From positions 1 to 60,897 of IMG/VR virus record IMGVR_UViG_3300019889_000017: a stretch of 60,897 bases of DNA; one strand, written 5' to 3'. This document shows, one piece after another, positions 8,038-17,490 of the stretch (the stretch's first letter is position 1; each line of letters begins with the position of its first letter). A model generated the notes under the pieces. It was given only the letters and a program-made list of their open reading frames with translations. It was not told the origin of the DNA and did no database searches. Origin of the DNA: a virus (taxonomy: Duplodnaviria > Caudoviricetes). The translations under genes were made by a program, and so were the position numbers.

Positions 8038-11000
8038 TCATTTCTCGTAGCAGCGTGACCAGTCGGTTCCCGCCGGGCTCACATCCGCCAGGATGGGGAC
8101 CCCACGCCACTCGAACGACAGCGCTTCGACCACCGCGCGGCCGACGTCCACCGCGTCCTCCTCCGGCACGCTGAGGACAATCTCGTCGTGCACCTGCGCC
8201 CGCAGCATCGGCAGCACCTCGGCGGGGAGGCGCAACATCCCCTCCATCATGAGGTCGCGAGCCGCACCCTGGCCCATCAGCGCCGGGCCCTGGGTGTGGG
8301 CGCGCCGCGGGTCGGGCCGCATCATCCGGCCGAACCCGTTGTCCAGCAGCTGGCCGGACTCGGCGAGCACGCGAACCTCCTGCTGCCATTCGACCAGCCG
8401 GGGGAAGCGCTCGCGCATCGACGCGTCGAACCGACGGACCAGCGCTGGCTCGATGTCGTTCTCCATGCCGATCCGGCGCAGCGACTCCCCGTAGTTCCAG
8501 CCGTGCCCGATCGGCTTGGCGACCTCCCGGAACGAGCGGTCGCCGAACAGCGCCAGCGCCAGCTCGGCGTGGGGATCCTCCTCGTGCAGCATCGCGATGT
8601 ACGCCTGGTCCTGTGACAATCCCGCGACGGCGCGCATATCGACCTGCGAGAGGTCGACCGAGATCAGCACCTCCCCGGGATCGGGCAGCAGCACGGCGCG
8701 CTCGACGTGCCGGCCGTTCCGCTTGCCCATCACCGTGAGCCCCGGATCGGTCAGCGACCAGCGGCCGGTGGCCTGCTTGAACGACACCCTGGGGTGTACC
8801 CGGCCGTCCGGCGCCATGCTGTTGGCAATGGTCTCGTAGACGGTCCGCGCCGAGACGATCCGGTAGACCTCCTTGACGATGGCGCAGACCGCGGGCAGGT
8901 GGTGGTACTCCTGCCCCAGGTGGAGCATGTGGTCGGCGCTGACCTGGATCTCACCGGAGCTGGGCGTGGTCCAGATCGAGGTGGCCCCAGCCGCACGGAG
9001 TGCCTTCTCCAGCGCGGCCTTCCCCGGCTTGGTGGACAGCGGAGATAGGTAAGCCTTACCTTTGGCGTCCTCGGTCGGGATCGCACAGTGCTCGACCAGC
9101 GACTCCATGGCCCGGGCCTTACGGTCCCGGATCCCGTTCATCCGGACGGCGAGCAGACCCTGGTCCACCAGGAAGCCGTTGATCGAGATCTGCGCGGCGA
9201 GCGCGGCCACCCGGTGCTCCCGCACCAGGTACTCCGGCAGGCTTCCTCCCAGCTCCTCCAGGAGCTTGGAGTACAACCGCCGGGACAGCTCGACGTCCTG
9301 GACCATGTAGTCCTTGAAGGCCCGGCCGTCCTCAGAGTCATCGATCGGAATGTGCCACCAGCCGCCGTACTTCTTGGCCAGCCTCTTGGACACGTCGGTG
9401 AGCTTGGCACCCAGCCCGTACTTCTCGGCGAGCGTGCCGAGGTCGTACTTGCGGTCGGCGTCCACACCCTTGTCCCGGGCCATCGGCGGGTCCAGGAACC
9501 GGGCCACCACCAGCGCGTCGAAGAGTTTGCCGTCGGCGGCGTCGTGGTGGATCTGCTCCATGGTGATCTTTCGCGCCCGCACCAGCGCGGGGAGGTCGAA
9601 GGCCATGATGTTGTGGCCGGTAATGGTGCCCGCATTCTGGAGTCGACGCGCCACATACTCGGCGGTCCGATCGTGTGTGTACGAGACCACCGGATCATCA
9701 CCCCGGGCAGTCCCGCCGATTCGGACGTACTCGCTCCCCGGGGTGCGGTAGAGGTCGGCCGCGTCGCCGGTCTCCAGGTCGAACGTAACGACGTCGGCGG
9801 TTGACGCTGAAGTGTCAGGCTCCGGACCGTCCGGCGCGTACGTCAGGGCATACCCATCCGGGTGCATCTTGGGCTCGGCTCGCGGACCGTAATCCACAGG
9901 CTGTGGATCCACCGACGTTGGAGCGTCGGGCTCAGGGTCCGACGGCCCGGGTGCCGGCTCCGGCTCGGCGCCGGGCGCCGGGGGGAGGTCATCCTCCTCG
10001 AAAACCCGCCACTGGCTCACATGACCGAACGCGGAACCGACACGTTCGATCCACATTCCGTCGTACCGGCGCCCCTTCAGCCGCGAGTAGGCCTCGCCGA
10101 GCGCCTTGGTATAACCCTTCTCGCTCGGGTCGTCCAACTTGGGCGGGGCCATGTACGCAGCCGGATCGGCGAGCGCCTTCCCCTTGACGTCGGAGGCCCG
10201 GAACGTGTTGTTCGAGAACTGCTCTCGGAGCCAGCCCAGGTGGCCATGCCAGTACTGGGTGTCGAAGTCGCTCTCCGACCGCCAGATCTTGAGGTTCTTC
10301 AGGAAGCCGTCCAGCCCGGCGGCCTCCACGATCCCGCTGACGATCCGCTCCCAGACCTCGAACGACCCGAAGGAGATGCTGCGCCTCGGCCGCGGGGCAC
10401 CCTGGGCGAACCAGGCCCGGACCAGCGTGAGGATGGCCACCATCAGCTGGCGCCGGTTGGCCCGGCTCCAGCTCACCAGGTCCAGCCCCGAGATTCCGGG
10501 GTGGCGGAAGGAGCTGGACGGCCGGTCCTGCGGGTTGGCGTAGTCGGGCCTGATCGAGATCCGGTAGACCCGGCGGGTGAGGTCGCCGCGAACCTGGACC
10601 TGGTTCCCGAGGGATATCCAGGTGACCCGGTTCGGGAAGTTGGCCATCGTGCTGACGCCCAGGATCCGGTCCTGCCACGTCTCGGCGGTGAGCGCCTGGG
10701 CCAGCGGTGCGCCCTCGATCGTGTGCGCCTCATCGAAGACGAAGAACTCCTTGCCGGTGCGGAAAGCGCTGGTGATCTGCTTGCGCAGCTCCTCGGGCTC
10801 GGACACCCAGTTCATCGGCTCGGCCGCCGATCCGGTGTAGACCGAGATGATCGAGTCGGCGATCAGGTTCTTCCCCACGCCCGCCTGCAGGCCGTCGACC
10901 ACCGCGAGCGGCACCTTGGGGACCATGCCGCGGATGGCCGGGGTGACGATCAGCGCCAGCAGATTGGCCCGGTCGGCGTCCGTCTCGAACGGCATGTCGC

Positions 11001-12327
11001 CGAACCACTCGCTGAGAATCAGCTCGCGCGCGGCGGTGATCTCCTCCGGGCTCGGATTCTCGGGGACGGTCAGGCCCTCCAGCACCGGGTCCGCCAGAAG
11101 GATGGTCTTGGTGGCCTCGTCGTAGCCGGGCTCGGTGACGATCGTCCCGTCCGGCCGTACGAACGGGGCGTGCGCGACCCTCTCCAGCGGGGAGAACTTG
11201 GCTGACCGGCTGGTCACCGCGGCGATGGTGCCGGGGTCGGGCCACGTAAAGCTGTAGGTGACGCCGCCCTGGGCGTCGGAATTCTCGTTGACCGTGACCG
11301 CGGTCTCCTGGATCACGTCGTGGAAGGTCCCCCGGTCGACCGGGGACATGCCGGTTGCGGTCAGCCGGGAGATGACACCGCCGTGGTTGAACAGCTCCTT
11401 GCCGTCCCACCGGCTGATCAGCGCGCTGGTCAGGTCGTTGATCACCGACAGCCTGTCCCGGTTGCACACGACCGTGGTCCGGCCGTCCTTCCCCGTCGGC
11501 GCCTCCGAACCACGCCTGCGGGGCTTGGGCTTGGAGTCGGCGGGCTTCGGCTTGGCGCCCGCCAGGATCCGGGAGAAGTAAGCTGCCCGCCGTTCGGGCG
11601 CGCGCCCGGCGAGCACGTCGTCCAGGCCTGCCTTGGCGTCGTCCCCGGGGAGGCGGGTGAAGCTGATCTTGGTGGCGCCCTCCATCGCGAGGGCTTCGGC
11701 GAGCCCGGTTCCGGCCTGATAAACGTCAGGGTTGCTTGACGCATCGGCGTCCAAGATCACGACCACCGTACAGCCGTCGGCCAGGGCGAGGTCCGGAATC
11801 GGGCGGCCGTCGACCTGCCACATCCGGCAGCCCGCCATGCCGTACACCGCCCAGCCCTCGGGCGCGTAACTGGCGGCCGCTAGACACTGCTTGGTGCCCT
11901 CCACGATCAGCATCCGGTCGGCTTCCGGCGCCGAGCGCACGGCCCAGAGCACCGGTTCCATGCCCTTGCGGAAGACGTACTTACGGGTCCGGCCGCGACC
12001 GTCCTCGGTCGGGTCGTCCGGGCGGATCTGGTACTCGACACGCTCGCCGAGGTCGTCGGTCCAGGGGAAGAGGATGGCCGGAAAGTTGGCCCAGTTCTCC
12101 CACACCCCGCCGAGGCCCTTGGTGTCCTCTGGACTGACCAGCGACCGGACGCCGAGCGACCGGGCCAACTGCACGTCAACGGCCTGCGCCGTCAGGTACT
12201 CCTCGTGCGCCGCGGCCAGTTCTCCGACCACATGGCCGCCGTGCATCGCACCCTCGGTGCGCTTCAGCAGCTCTATGCCATCGACCAAACGCTGTTCATC
12301 CGGACGAATCATGTTATCGTCGCTCAC
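8038..12327 (-). CDS. Fused TOPRIM primase / P-loop NTPase (helicase-like) / 3'-5' exonuclease / family A DNA polymerase
   Basis: IVEGTK and ILDAD (TOPRIM); GLQAGVGKN and FVFDE; FDLET, GHNIMAFD, YMVQD (exonuclease); TGRWS, DLSQVDMR, REVAK...NYG, QVHDE (PolA). Confidence 0.88.
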   Translation of the reverse strand: MSDDNMIRPDEQRLVDGIELLKRTEGAMHGGHVVGELAAAHEEYLTAQAVDVQLARSLGVRSLVSPEDTKGLGGVWENWANFPAILFPWTDDLGERVEYQIRPDDPTEDGRGRTRKYVFRKGMEPVLWAVRSAPEADRMLIVEGTKQCLAAASYAPEGWAVYGMAGCRMWQVDGRPIPDLALADGCTVVVILDADASSNPDVYQAGTGLAEALAMEGATKISFTRLPGDDAKAGLDDVLAGRAPERRAAYFSRILAGAKPKPADSKPKPRRRGSEAPTGKDGRTTVVCNRDRLSVINDLTSALISRWDGKELFNHGGVISRLTATGMSPVDRGTFHDVIQETAVTVNENSDAQGGVTYSFTWPDPGTIAAVTSRSAKFSPLERVAHAPFVRPDGTIVTEPGYDEATKTILLADPVLEGLTVPENPSPEEITAARELILSEWFGDMPFETDADRANLLALIVTPAIRGMVPKVPLAVVDGLQAGVGKNLIADSIISVYTGSAAEPMNWVSEPEELRKQITSAFRTGKEFFVFDEAHTIEGAPLAQALTAETWQDRILGVSTMANFPNRVTWISLGNQVQVRGDLTRRVYRISIRPDYANPQDRPSSSFRHPGISGLDLVSWSRANRRQLMVAILTLVRAWFAQGAPRPRRSISFGSFEVWERIVSGIVEAAGLDGFLKNLKIWRSESDFDTQYWHGHLGWLREQFSNNTFRASDVKGKALADPAAYMAPPKLDDPSEKGYTKALGEAYSRLKGRRYDGMWIERVGSAFGHVSQWRVFEEDDLPPAPGAEPEPAPGPSDPEPDAPTSVDPQPVDYGPRAEPKMHPDGYALTYAPDGPEPDTSASTADVVTFDLETGDAADLYRTPGSEYVRIGGTARGDDPVVSYTHDRTAEYVARRLQNAGTITGHNIMAFDLPALVRARKITMEQIHHDAADGKLFDALVVARFLDPPMARDKGVDADRKYDLGTLAEKYGLGAKLTDVSKRLAKKYGGWWHIPIDDSEDGRAFKDYMVQDVELSRRLYSKLLEELGGSLPEYLVREHRVAALAAQISINGFLVDQGLLAVRMNGIRDRKARAMESLVEHCAIPTEDAKGKAYLSPLSTKPGKAALEKALRAAGATSIWTTPSSGEIQVSADHMLHLGQEYHHLPAVCAIVKEVYRIVSARTVYETIANSMAPDGRVHPRVSFKQATGRWSLTDPGLTVMGKRNGRHVERAVLLPDPGEVLISVDLSQVDMRAVAGLSQDQAYIAMLHEEDPHAELALALFGDRSFREVAKPIGHGWNYGESLRRIGMENDIEPALVRRFDASMRERFPRLVEWQQEVRVLAESGQLLDNGFGRMMRPDPRRAHTQGPALMGQGAARDLMMEGMLRLPAEVLPMLRAQVHDEIVLSVPEEDAVDVGRAVVEALSFEWRGVPILADVSPAGTDWSRCYEK

Positions 12328-12412
12328 GTTCGGTCTTCCTCTCGCAGGTTGATCTCTGGGCCGGTCAGGTGGGTCTCCTCCCCCTGACCGGCCTTCTCCG
12401 TGTCTGCCGACC

Positions 12413-13009
12413 TTACGCCTGCGACGTTGGCTCGGACGGCGAATCAGACCACGGAGCCGTCAGCTCCTGGATCCTTTGGATGTTGATCACCGAAGAAACG
12501 TCCGGAAGAGTGGCCCGGGTGACCAACAGGCGCGCCAGGCGGGCCACGTCGGTGAGCCGATGCTCCGCCGTATCAAGGCTGTGCCGCTGGTCAGCACTGG
12601 AGGCCCGCAACTGGTCCAACCTCTGGGCCAGATCCTTGCGGTCCATGTTGAACGCCTGGGCTTTGCTCTCCGACTTCAAGAACCTGTCTTTGAGCTTTTC
12701 CAGGCTGGCTTCAGCCACATTCAACTTCTCGGCTAGAAGATCATTGTTCTTAAAGAGCTCTTTGACCCTGTCCTCTGCTCGCTCGGCCCACTGCCGGTTG
12801 GAGCGCCTGCCGAGCTGCTCTTTATCGGCACGCTTGGTTTCCTCAGCCAGCTGGTCCTCCAGGACCACGACCCGATCCTTAAGGCCCACCTCGTCTGAGG
12901 TGGACAGCCGTTCGAGGACCTCGGTCGCCTCCTCTCGGTCGCCTGCCGTGATTTCGATGGTCACGTGCGAATCGTGAAACTCTTTCGCAGTCTTGATGCG
13001 GATCTCCAT
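12413..13009 (-). CDS. Coiled-coil hypothetical protein
   Basis: 198 aa charged heptad-like sequence, GGAG RBS, promoter at 13040-13069. Confidence 0.65.
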   Translation of the reverse strand: MEIRIKTAKEFHDSHVTIEITAGDREEATEVLERLSTSDEVGLKDRVVVLEDQLAEETKRADKEQLGRRSNRQWAERAEDRVKELFKNNDLLAEKLNVAEASLEKLKDRFLKSESKAQAFNMDRKDLAQRLDQLRASSADQRHSLDTAEHRLTDVARLARLLVTRATLPDVSSVINIQRIQELTAPWSDSPSEPTSQA

Positions 13010-13069
13010 CGGACTCCCCGTCCTGTTGTTAGGTCTCGAACCTTACAGGCTAGACGTTGAGGTGGTCAA

Positions 13070-13122
13070 CCGGGGCCGGGCGGCACTGGTTTGGGTATCG
13101 AAGCCCTTCTGGCCCAGCCCCG
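13070..13122 (-). ncRNA. Solitary TIGR-like stem-loop unit
   Basis: + strand CG-GCACTGGTT-TGGGTATCG-AAGCCCTTC-TGG closed by CCGGGGC/GCCCCGG. Confidence 0.8.
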
Positions 13123-13128
13123 GAAGCT

Positions 13129-14808
13129 CTATCGGACTGCCAGCTTCCTGACCGCCCGGCGCCCGCTGATCCGGGTGATCAGGTCGGCCGCCTCACCACG
13201 GGTGCGCACCTTGCCGAGCTTGGCCTCCGGCAGGCCCTCGCGCAGCAGGCGGCCGCGCTGCTGGTCACTGACCGGCTGGCGCAGCCAGCGCGCGTCACGT
13301 TCGACAAGCTTTTGAAACGCCTTGGCACGGTCCTCACCGATCCCCATCGCCCAGTCGGCCGGGAGCTGCTCGTGCAGGATCTCCAGCTTGGCGTTCCGGT
13401 ACGCAGCCAACCGCCAGGTGTCGACCCCCGCCGGGACCATGACGACGATCTCCTGACCGGCGCCGAGGCACCAGCCGTCCTCGACGGGTAACCAGCGCAA
13501 CCGTGAAGCGCCGAACACGTCGACCTTCCCGGCCTTGCCAGCATCGCAGTTGTCATGCCGGTGGCCGTTCTCCGAGACCACCCGGGCGGGGAGGTAGCGG
13601 CGGCACAGCGAACACCGGTGCCAGGTGACCTCACACGGCTCCCCGCACGTCGGGCACGCCTGAGCTTCGGCCTCTCCGTCGAGCTTCTTCTTGCGCTTGG
13701 TGTCAAACCCCTCGTCCCCGAGGTCGACCCTCGTGACGATGTCATGGCGCCGGGTGGCGCCGACGAAGTCAACGATCAGCAGGTCGGCCTTCCCCGGGGA
13801 CAGCCGGGTCCCGCGGCCCGCCATCTGGACGTACAGGCCGTGGCGCACGGTGGCCCGTGCGATGGCTACGCAGTCGATCGACGGCTCGTCAAAGCCCTCG
13901 ATGAAGACTCCGCAGTTGACCACGCACTGGGTCTCGCCGGTCTTCAGCCGCTTCTTGGTCGCCGTCCGGAGGTCGGTCTCGGTGTCGCTCTCCACCGCCT
14001 CAGCAGCCATGCCGCGCTTGACCAGGGCGGCCGCGAGAGCGTGTGCGGTCTTGACCGTCGGTGTGAAGGCGAGAATCTTGCGGTCACCGGCGTGCTCGAT
14101 CAGCCCGTCCGCGATCTCCTCGATGGCGCCGGAGTCCTCCATCTCACGGCCGAGGTCGCCACCGGAGAGGTCGCCGTCGCCACCCTTGCGCACCCGGGTG
14201 AGGTCCATCTTGGTCTCGACCACCACCGCCGGGAGGATCGGCACCAGGTAGCCGCCGAAGATGGCCTCCCGAATTGACATGTAAGAGACAACTTTCTCCC
14301 ACACGCCGAGCGTCTTCCCCTCCCGCTCCGGAGTGGCGGTGAAGCCGACCGCCAGAGGGCCGTGCGGGTGGAATGCGCCGAGCCCCTTCAGGAACTTCGT
14401 CCAGCTCGGCGATGGTGCGTGGTGGGCTTCGTCCACGATGATCGTCCCGAACGGCCGGCGCCCGGCCGACTCGACCAGCCGCCGGAGCCGTTCGTCGCGG
14501 TGCGCGGTAGGGATGGAGGCCACCACGCAGTCCGCGTCCACCTCGTCCCGCTCCGCCTTGACGATGCCGGTCGAGAGGTGTGGCGCCTGCCAGTCCAGTT
14601 TCTCGATGAACTGGTCGGCCAGCTCTTCGCGGTGCACACCGACGATCGTCCGGCCGCGGTCGGCGCGCCGGGTGGCGGCCGCGCCCATCACCACGCCCTT
14701 TCCGGTGCCGGTCGGGTGGACCACCAGGGGGCGGCGAACACCCTCGCGCTCGGCCGTCTCGATGGCGTCCAGAGCCTTGACCTGGTAGTCGCGGAGCTGG
14801 ATGTCCAT
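13129..14808 (-). CDS. SF2 (DEAH) helicase with Zn-ribbon
   Basis: LRDYQ, PTGTGK, DEAHH, TATP, EGFDEP, QMAGRGTR motifs; CPTC...CSLC. Confidence 0.92.
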   Translation of the reverse strand: MDIQLRDYQVKALDAIETAEREGVRRPLVVHPTGTGKGVVMGAAATRRADRGRTIVGVHREELADQFIEKLDWQAPHLSTGIVKAERDEVDADCVVASIPTAHRDERLRRLVESAGRRPFGTIIVDEAHHAPSPSWTKFLKGLGAFHPHGPLAVGFTATPEREGKTLGVWEKVVSYMSIREAIFGGYLVPILPAVVVETKMDLTRVRKGGDGDLSGGDLGREMEDSGAIEEIADGLIEHAGDRKILAFTPTVKTAHALAAALVKRGMAAEAVESDTETDLRTATKKRLKTGETQCVVNCGVFIEGFDEPSIDCVAIARATVRHGLYVQMAGRGTRLSPGKADLLIVDFVGATRRHDIVTRVDLGDEGFDTKRKKKLDGEAEAQACPTCGEPCEVTWHRCSLCRRYLPARVVSENGHRHDNCDAGKAGKVDVFGASRLRWLPVEDGWCLGAGQEIVVMVPAGVDTWRLAAYRNAKLEILHEQLPADWAMGIGEDRAKAFQKLVERDARWLRQPVSDQQRGRLLREGLPEAKLGKVRTRGEAADLITRISGRRAVRKLAVR

Positions 14809-15200
14809 CAGTGCCCTCTCTGCACGTTGGCGCTGAACCGCTTATACGACCGACCGTGTGTCGTGTGGCCCAGACGGTCGATCGTGGCCTTTCCGTCGAA
14901 CCGGACCTGGAGCCGGTCCCCGATCAGGGCCGCGCCCTGGGTCAGCGCGTGCTGGAGTCCGGGGGCGTAGGCCATCACGCGGACTCGTCTGGTCCCGCCT
15001 CGCCACAGGTCCACGAACGGAACCGGTCCGAACTCGGTTGAGACCTCACCCTGGCGGAGCACCACCCCTCTGATCGTCGCGCCTTCGACGGTCGGATTCC
15101 AGGTGGCCGCCGGGTCGCCCTCGGTCAGTGCGCGGACGGCACACATCAGGCAGTCCGCCTCGTGGTCCTGGGCTGCCGTGTCGTGCTTCTCTGTCGTCAT
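14808..15200 (-). CDS. Putative OB-fold ssDNA-binding protein (paralog of 18791-19243)
   Basis: Aligns by eye with 18791-19243 (G..I.G.V...GE; GDR..V.F.G; G..Y..F...V); leaderless behind the promoter at 15208-15236. Confidence 0.5.
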   Translation of the reverse strand: MTTEKHDTAAQDHEADCLMCAVRALTEGDPAATWNPTVEGATIRGVVLRQGEVSTEFGPVPFVDLWRGGTRRVRVMAYAPGLQHALTQGAALIGDRLQVRFDGKATIDRLGHTTHGRSYKRFSANVQRGH

Positions 15201-15219
15201 GCCGGAAACCTTACTGTCA

Positions 15220-15435
15220 TCACTGCAAGGTGTCAACGTGCGGTACGCACGGAACGAATGTGCAGCCACCGCCGCACGTGCCCATGTCGTGGGCCTCGCG
15301 CATCCGATCGACCCACTCCCGCAACCGACGGTCATCGTCGGTCATCCGCTGGTCAGCCTCCTGCAACCGAATCCGGCGCTGAGCCAGGTACGTACGTGAG
15401 AGCCGGTTGTAGGCCCAGTCGGGGAGCCGGATCAC
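15220..15435 (-). CDS. Hypothetical protein
   Basis: GTGA overlap with the upstream gene. Confidence 0.5.
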   Translation of the reverse strand: MIRLPDWAYNRLSRTYLAQRRIRLQEADQRMTDDDRRLREWVDRMREAHDMGTCGGGCTFVPCVPHVDTLQ

Positions 15436-15734
15436 TCCTGCTCCCCGGTCTTGGTGCTATCGGCCCACAGTCGCGGCGGCCACAGGTACTCCGCCTCGGT
15501 CAGGATCTTGACCCATTCGACCAATCGGCCGTCCCGTTCCAGCCAGCGCTCGACAGCCAGCCACCCGGCGGCGATCGGCACCCGGCCGCTACCGGTCACG
15601 TACCACAGGCCGCCCGCCTTCAGCATCGCGTAGGTGAAGGCGCGGCTGTGGCTCATCCCCGAGTAGCTGATACCGAACAGCAGCACCGTGTCGTCATCGA
15701 TCTTCTTGCTGTCGAAACCGAACTTCATCGTCAT
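15432..15734 (-). CDS. Hypothetical protein
   Basis: 'FTYAMLKAGGLWYVTG' motif, AGAAGG RBS. Confidence 0.6.
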   Translation of the reverse strand: MTMKFGFDSKKIDDDTVLLFGISYSGMSHSRAFTYAMLKAGGLWYVTGSGRVPIAAGWLAVERWLERDGRLVEWVKILTEAEYLWPPRLWADSTKTGEQE

Positions 15735-15843
15735 GCCTTCTATGTTAGCAGTGAGAACCCCGGACCGGGCGCGAAGATGATGGGTGACATTCCTCGGTCC
15801 TGGCGAGTTGACACTTCACAGTCAAGCCTGTTAAGCTTCTCCC

Positions 15844-16023
15844 ATGAAGAAGCGAGCGACACCGAAGCCCCTCTCCCCCGCCCAGATCAAGGCACTGACC
15901 AAGCTGGCGGACGGCGGTAGCAGTAACCAGATGCGCCGCGGCACCAACGACGCTCTCCACGACATGGGCCTCATGGAGCGGGGCCAGATCACCGCCGCTG
16001 GCCTCGCAGCCATCAGCCGCTGA
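15844..16023 (+). CDS. Small hypothetical protein, possible winged helix (59 aa)
   Basis: Leaderless after the promoter at 15808-15837; 'LSPAQIKAL...GLMERGQITAAGLAAI'; hairpin at 16031-16055. Confidence 0.55.
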   Translation: MKKRATPKPLSPAQIKALTKLADGGSSNQMRRGTNDALHDMGLMERGQITAAGLAAISR

Positions 16024-16128
16024 ACGAGACAGGCCCCGGGGAAACCCCGGGGCCTAGCGGTTGACACTTCACAGTCAAGCCTGTAACGTCGTATCCGTCA
16101 GCAGGGCCACACCGAGGAGGCACCGATC

Positions 16129-16356
16129 ATGATCGCTCACATCGCCGGTTACCAGATCAACGTCTACGCCGACGCAGATGCACTCCGCACCAACCGTGAG
16201 CCGGTCGAATCGATGCCCTGTGACGCCAAGGTCGGCGGGACCCGGAGCGCGGCGGTTCAGCTCATGTCCCACGGATACCTTCCCACCTCGGGGTTCGACT
16301 TCATACCGTGTGCGGTTCCGAACACCTGGACCATCGAAGTCATCAAGGTCGCCTGA
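16129..16356 (+). CDS. Small hypothetical protein
   Basis: GAGGAGG RBS, promoter at 16061-16089, GC hairpin downstream. Confidence 0.6.
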   Translation: MIAHIAGYQINVYADADALRTNREPVESMPCDAKVGGTRSAAVQLMSHGYLPTSGFDFIPCAVPNTWTIEVIKVA

Positions 16357-16386
16357 CGGACGGGGCCCCCGCCCCGGAAGGGGGGA

Positions 16387-16644
16387 GGGGGCCGCCACGG
16401 TGTTCACTTGCTGGGTACCAGAGAAGGTGTTGACCGTGGAGTGTGGCCCCCGAGCTGGGTGGGCCGCCATTGGGTAGCGAGACGAATATGACCCAGCTCG
16501 GGGAGTCTATGAAGTTGAGCCTCCGGTCCGCGGTGGTTCGTGTATGGGTACCGAAGCGACCTTGACCGCGACCCGGAGGGGTGTGAGCCCCGAGCTGGGT
16601 GTGCGGCAAATGGGTATCGAGCGATCGATGACCCCAGCTCGGGG
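16387..16644 (-). ncRNA. TIGR-like stem-loop array, 4 units, downstream of the Tas gene
   Basis: Four hairpins, each enclosing TG-N9-TGGGTAHC(G/A)-N9(10)-TGA on the + strand; stem CCCCGAGCTGGG used twice. Confidence 0.85.
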
Positions 16645-16650
16645 AGTCTC

Positions 16651-17490
16651 CTAGTCGTTCGCAGCGTGCCAGTCCCGGGCCGCGATCCAGAGATCCTTCA
16701 GCACGGTCTTGCTGACGATCCTCAGCGCGTCGGCGTGCTGGTGGCCCGGCCGCCACGGGGCGGTGATCAGCTCCGTCTTACCGGCGCCGTTGCACTGCGG
16801 GCACGGCCGGTCGTGGACCTTCTCCGCGGTCACCGCCCGGCGCTTGTCGTAGACCTCGCGGTACGGGGAGCGAGCCTGCTTGACGCAACTCTCCGAGATC
16901 AGGTAGGCGCGCGTCTTGGCGTCCGTCGACCAGTTCGACTTCTGGCCCTTCCTGCGCCGGGCGGCACCCCGAATGCTGGCATTCTGGGTGTCGAGCTCTA
17001 TTTGACCCGAGATGCCGCCCGGCTGTTCATCCCCGCCGATGCTCCGACCTTGAGCACCGCTAGGTGTATGAACGACGGGGATCGTGTGCAGGCCACTGTA
17101 GGCCCAGAGTTCACTGACGGTGCGCGGCCGGTCGTGGAGGATGTTCCAGTACGGGTCGCCGATGGTGGCCAGTAGGCGCGCCAGCTGCTTCTCCCCGATC
17201 CCGATCTGTTCCTTCTGCCACGGCCCCAGCGGGTGCTTCCGCATCGCTCGCTGAAGGCCGAGGATGACGGCGTGCTCCAGTTTGGCGAGGTTCTCCCCGG
17301 CAACGCGGATGGCCGCGACGTCGGGGTCGTCCGGCGACAGGCCCATCCCCCGCATCTCGTCGTCCGAGTCGACTTCGGACCGGGTGGCCTGCCGGAACCG
17401 GTTGTCCGTGGCCTTGCGTAGCTCCTCCAGACCGTCGAGCTGGGCGGCCAGCAGGAAGATCGCGGTGTTGCCGCGCAACATCTCACTCAT
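16651..17490 (-). CDS. tasA: TasA-like Nop/IS110-domain RNA-binding protein, no nuclease domain
   Basis: Coiled-coil N-terminus, GIGEKQLARLLATIGD, SELWAYSGL, RRKGQKSNWS, PYREVYDKRR, HADALRIVSKTVLKDLW; no RuvC or HNH; flanked by dual-spacer arrays. Confidence 0.8.
   Translation of the reverse strand: MSEMLRGNTAIFLLAAQLDGLEELRKATDNRFRQATRSEVDSDDEMRGMGLSPDDPDVAAIRVAGENLAKLEHAVILGLQRAMRKHPLGPWQKEQIGIGEKQLARLLATIGDPYWNILHDRPRTVSELWAYSGLHTIPVVHTPSGAQGRSIGGDEQPGGISGQIELDTQNASIRGAARRRKGQKSNWSTDAKTRAYLISESCVKQARSPYREVYDKRRAVTAEKVHDRPCPQCNGAGKTELITAPWRPGHQHADALRIVSKTVLKDLWIAARDWHAAND
16959..17082 (-). ncRNA. Two TIGR-like units embedded in-frame in tasA
   Basis: TG-CTGGCATTC-TGGGTGTCG-AGCTCTATT-TGA and TG-CTCCGACCT-TGAGCACCG-CTAGGTGTA-TGA, each in a 10-13 bp stem. 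Confidence 0.75.

Noticed and set aside
16651-17490. IS110 transposase / active insertion sequence
   Set aside because: No N-terminal DEDD RuvC-like domain and no IS ends; the context is a multi-unit array.
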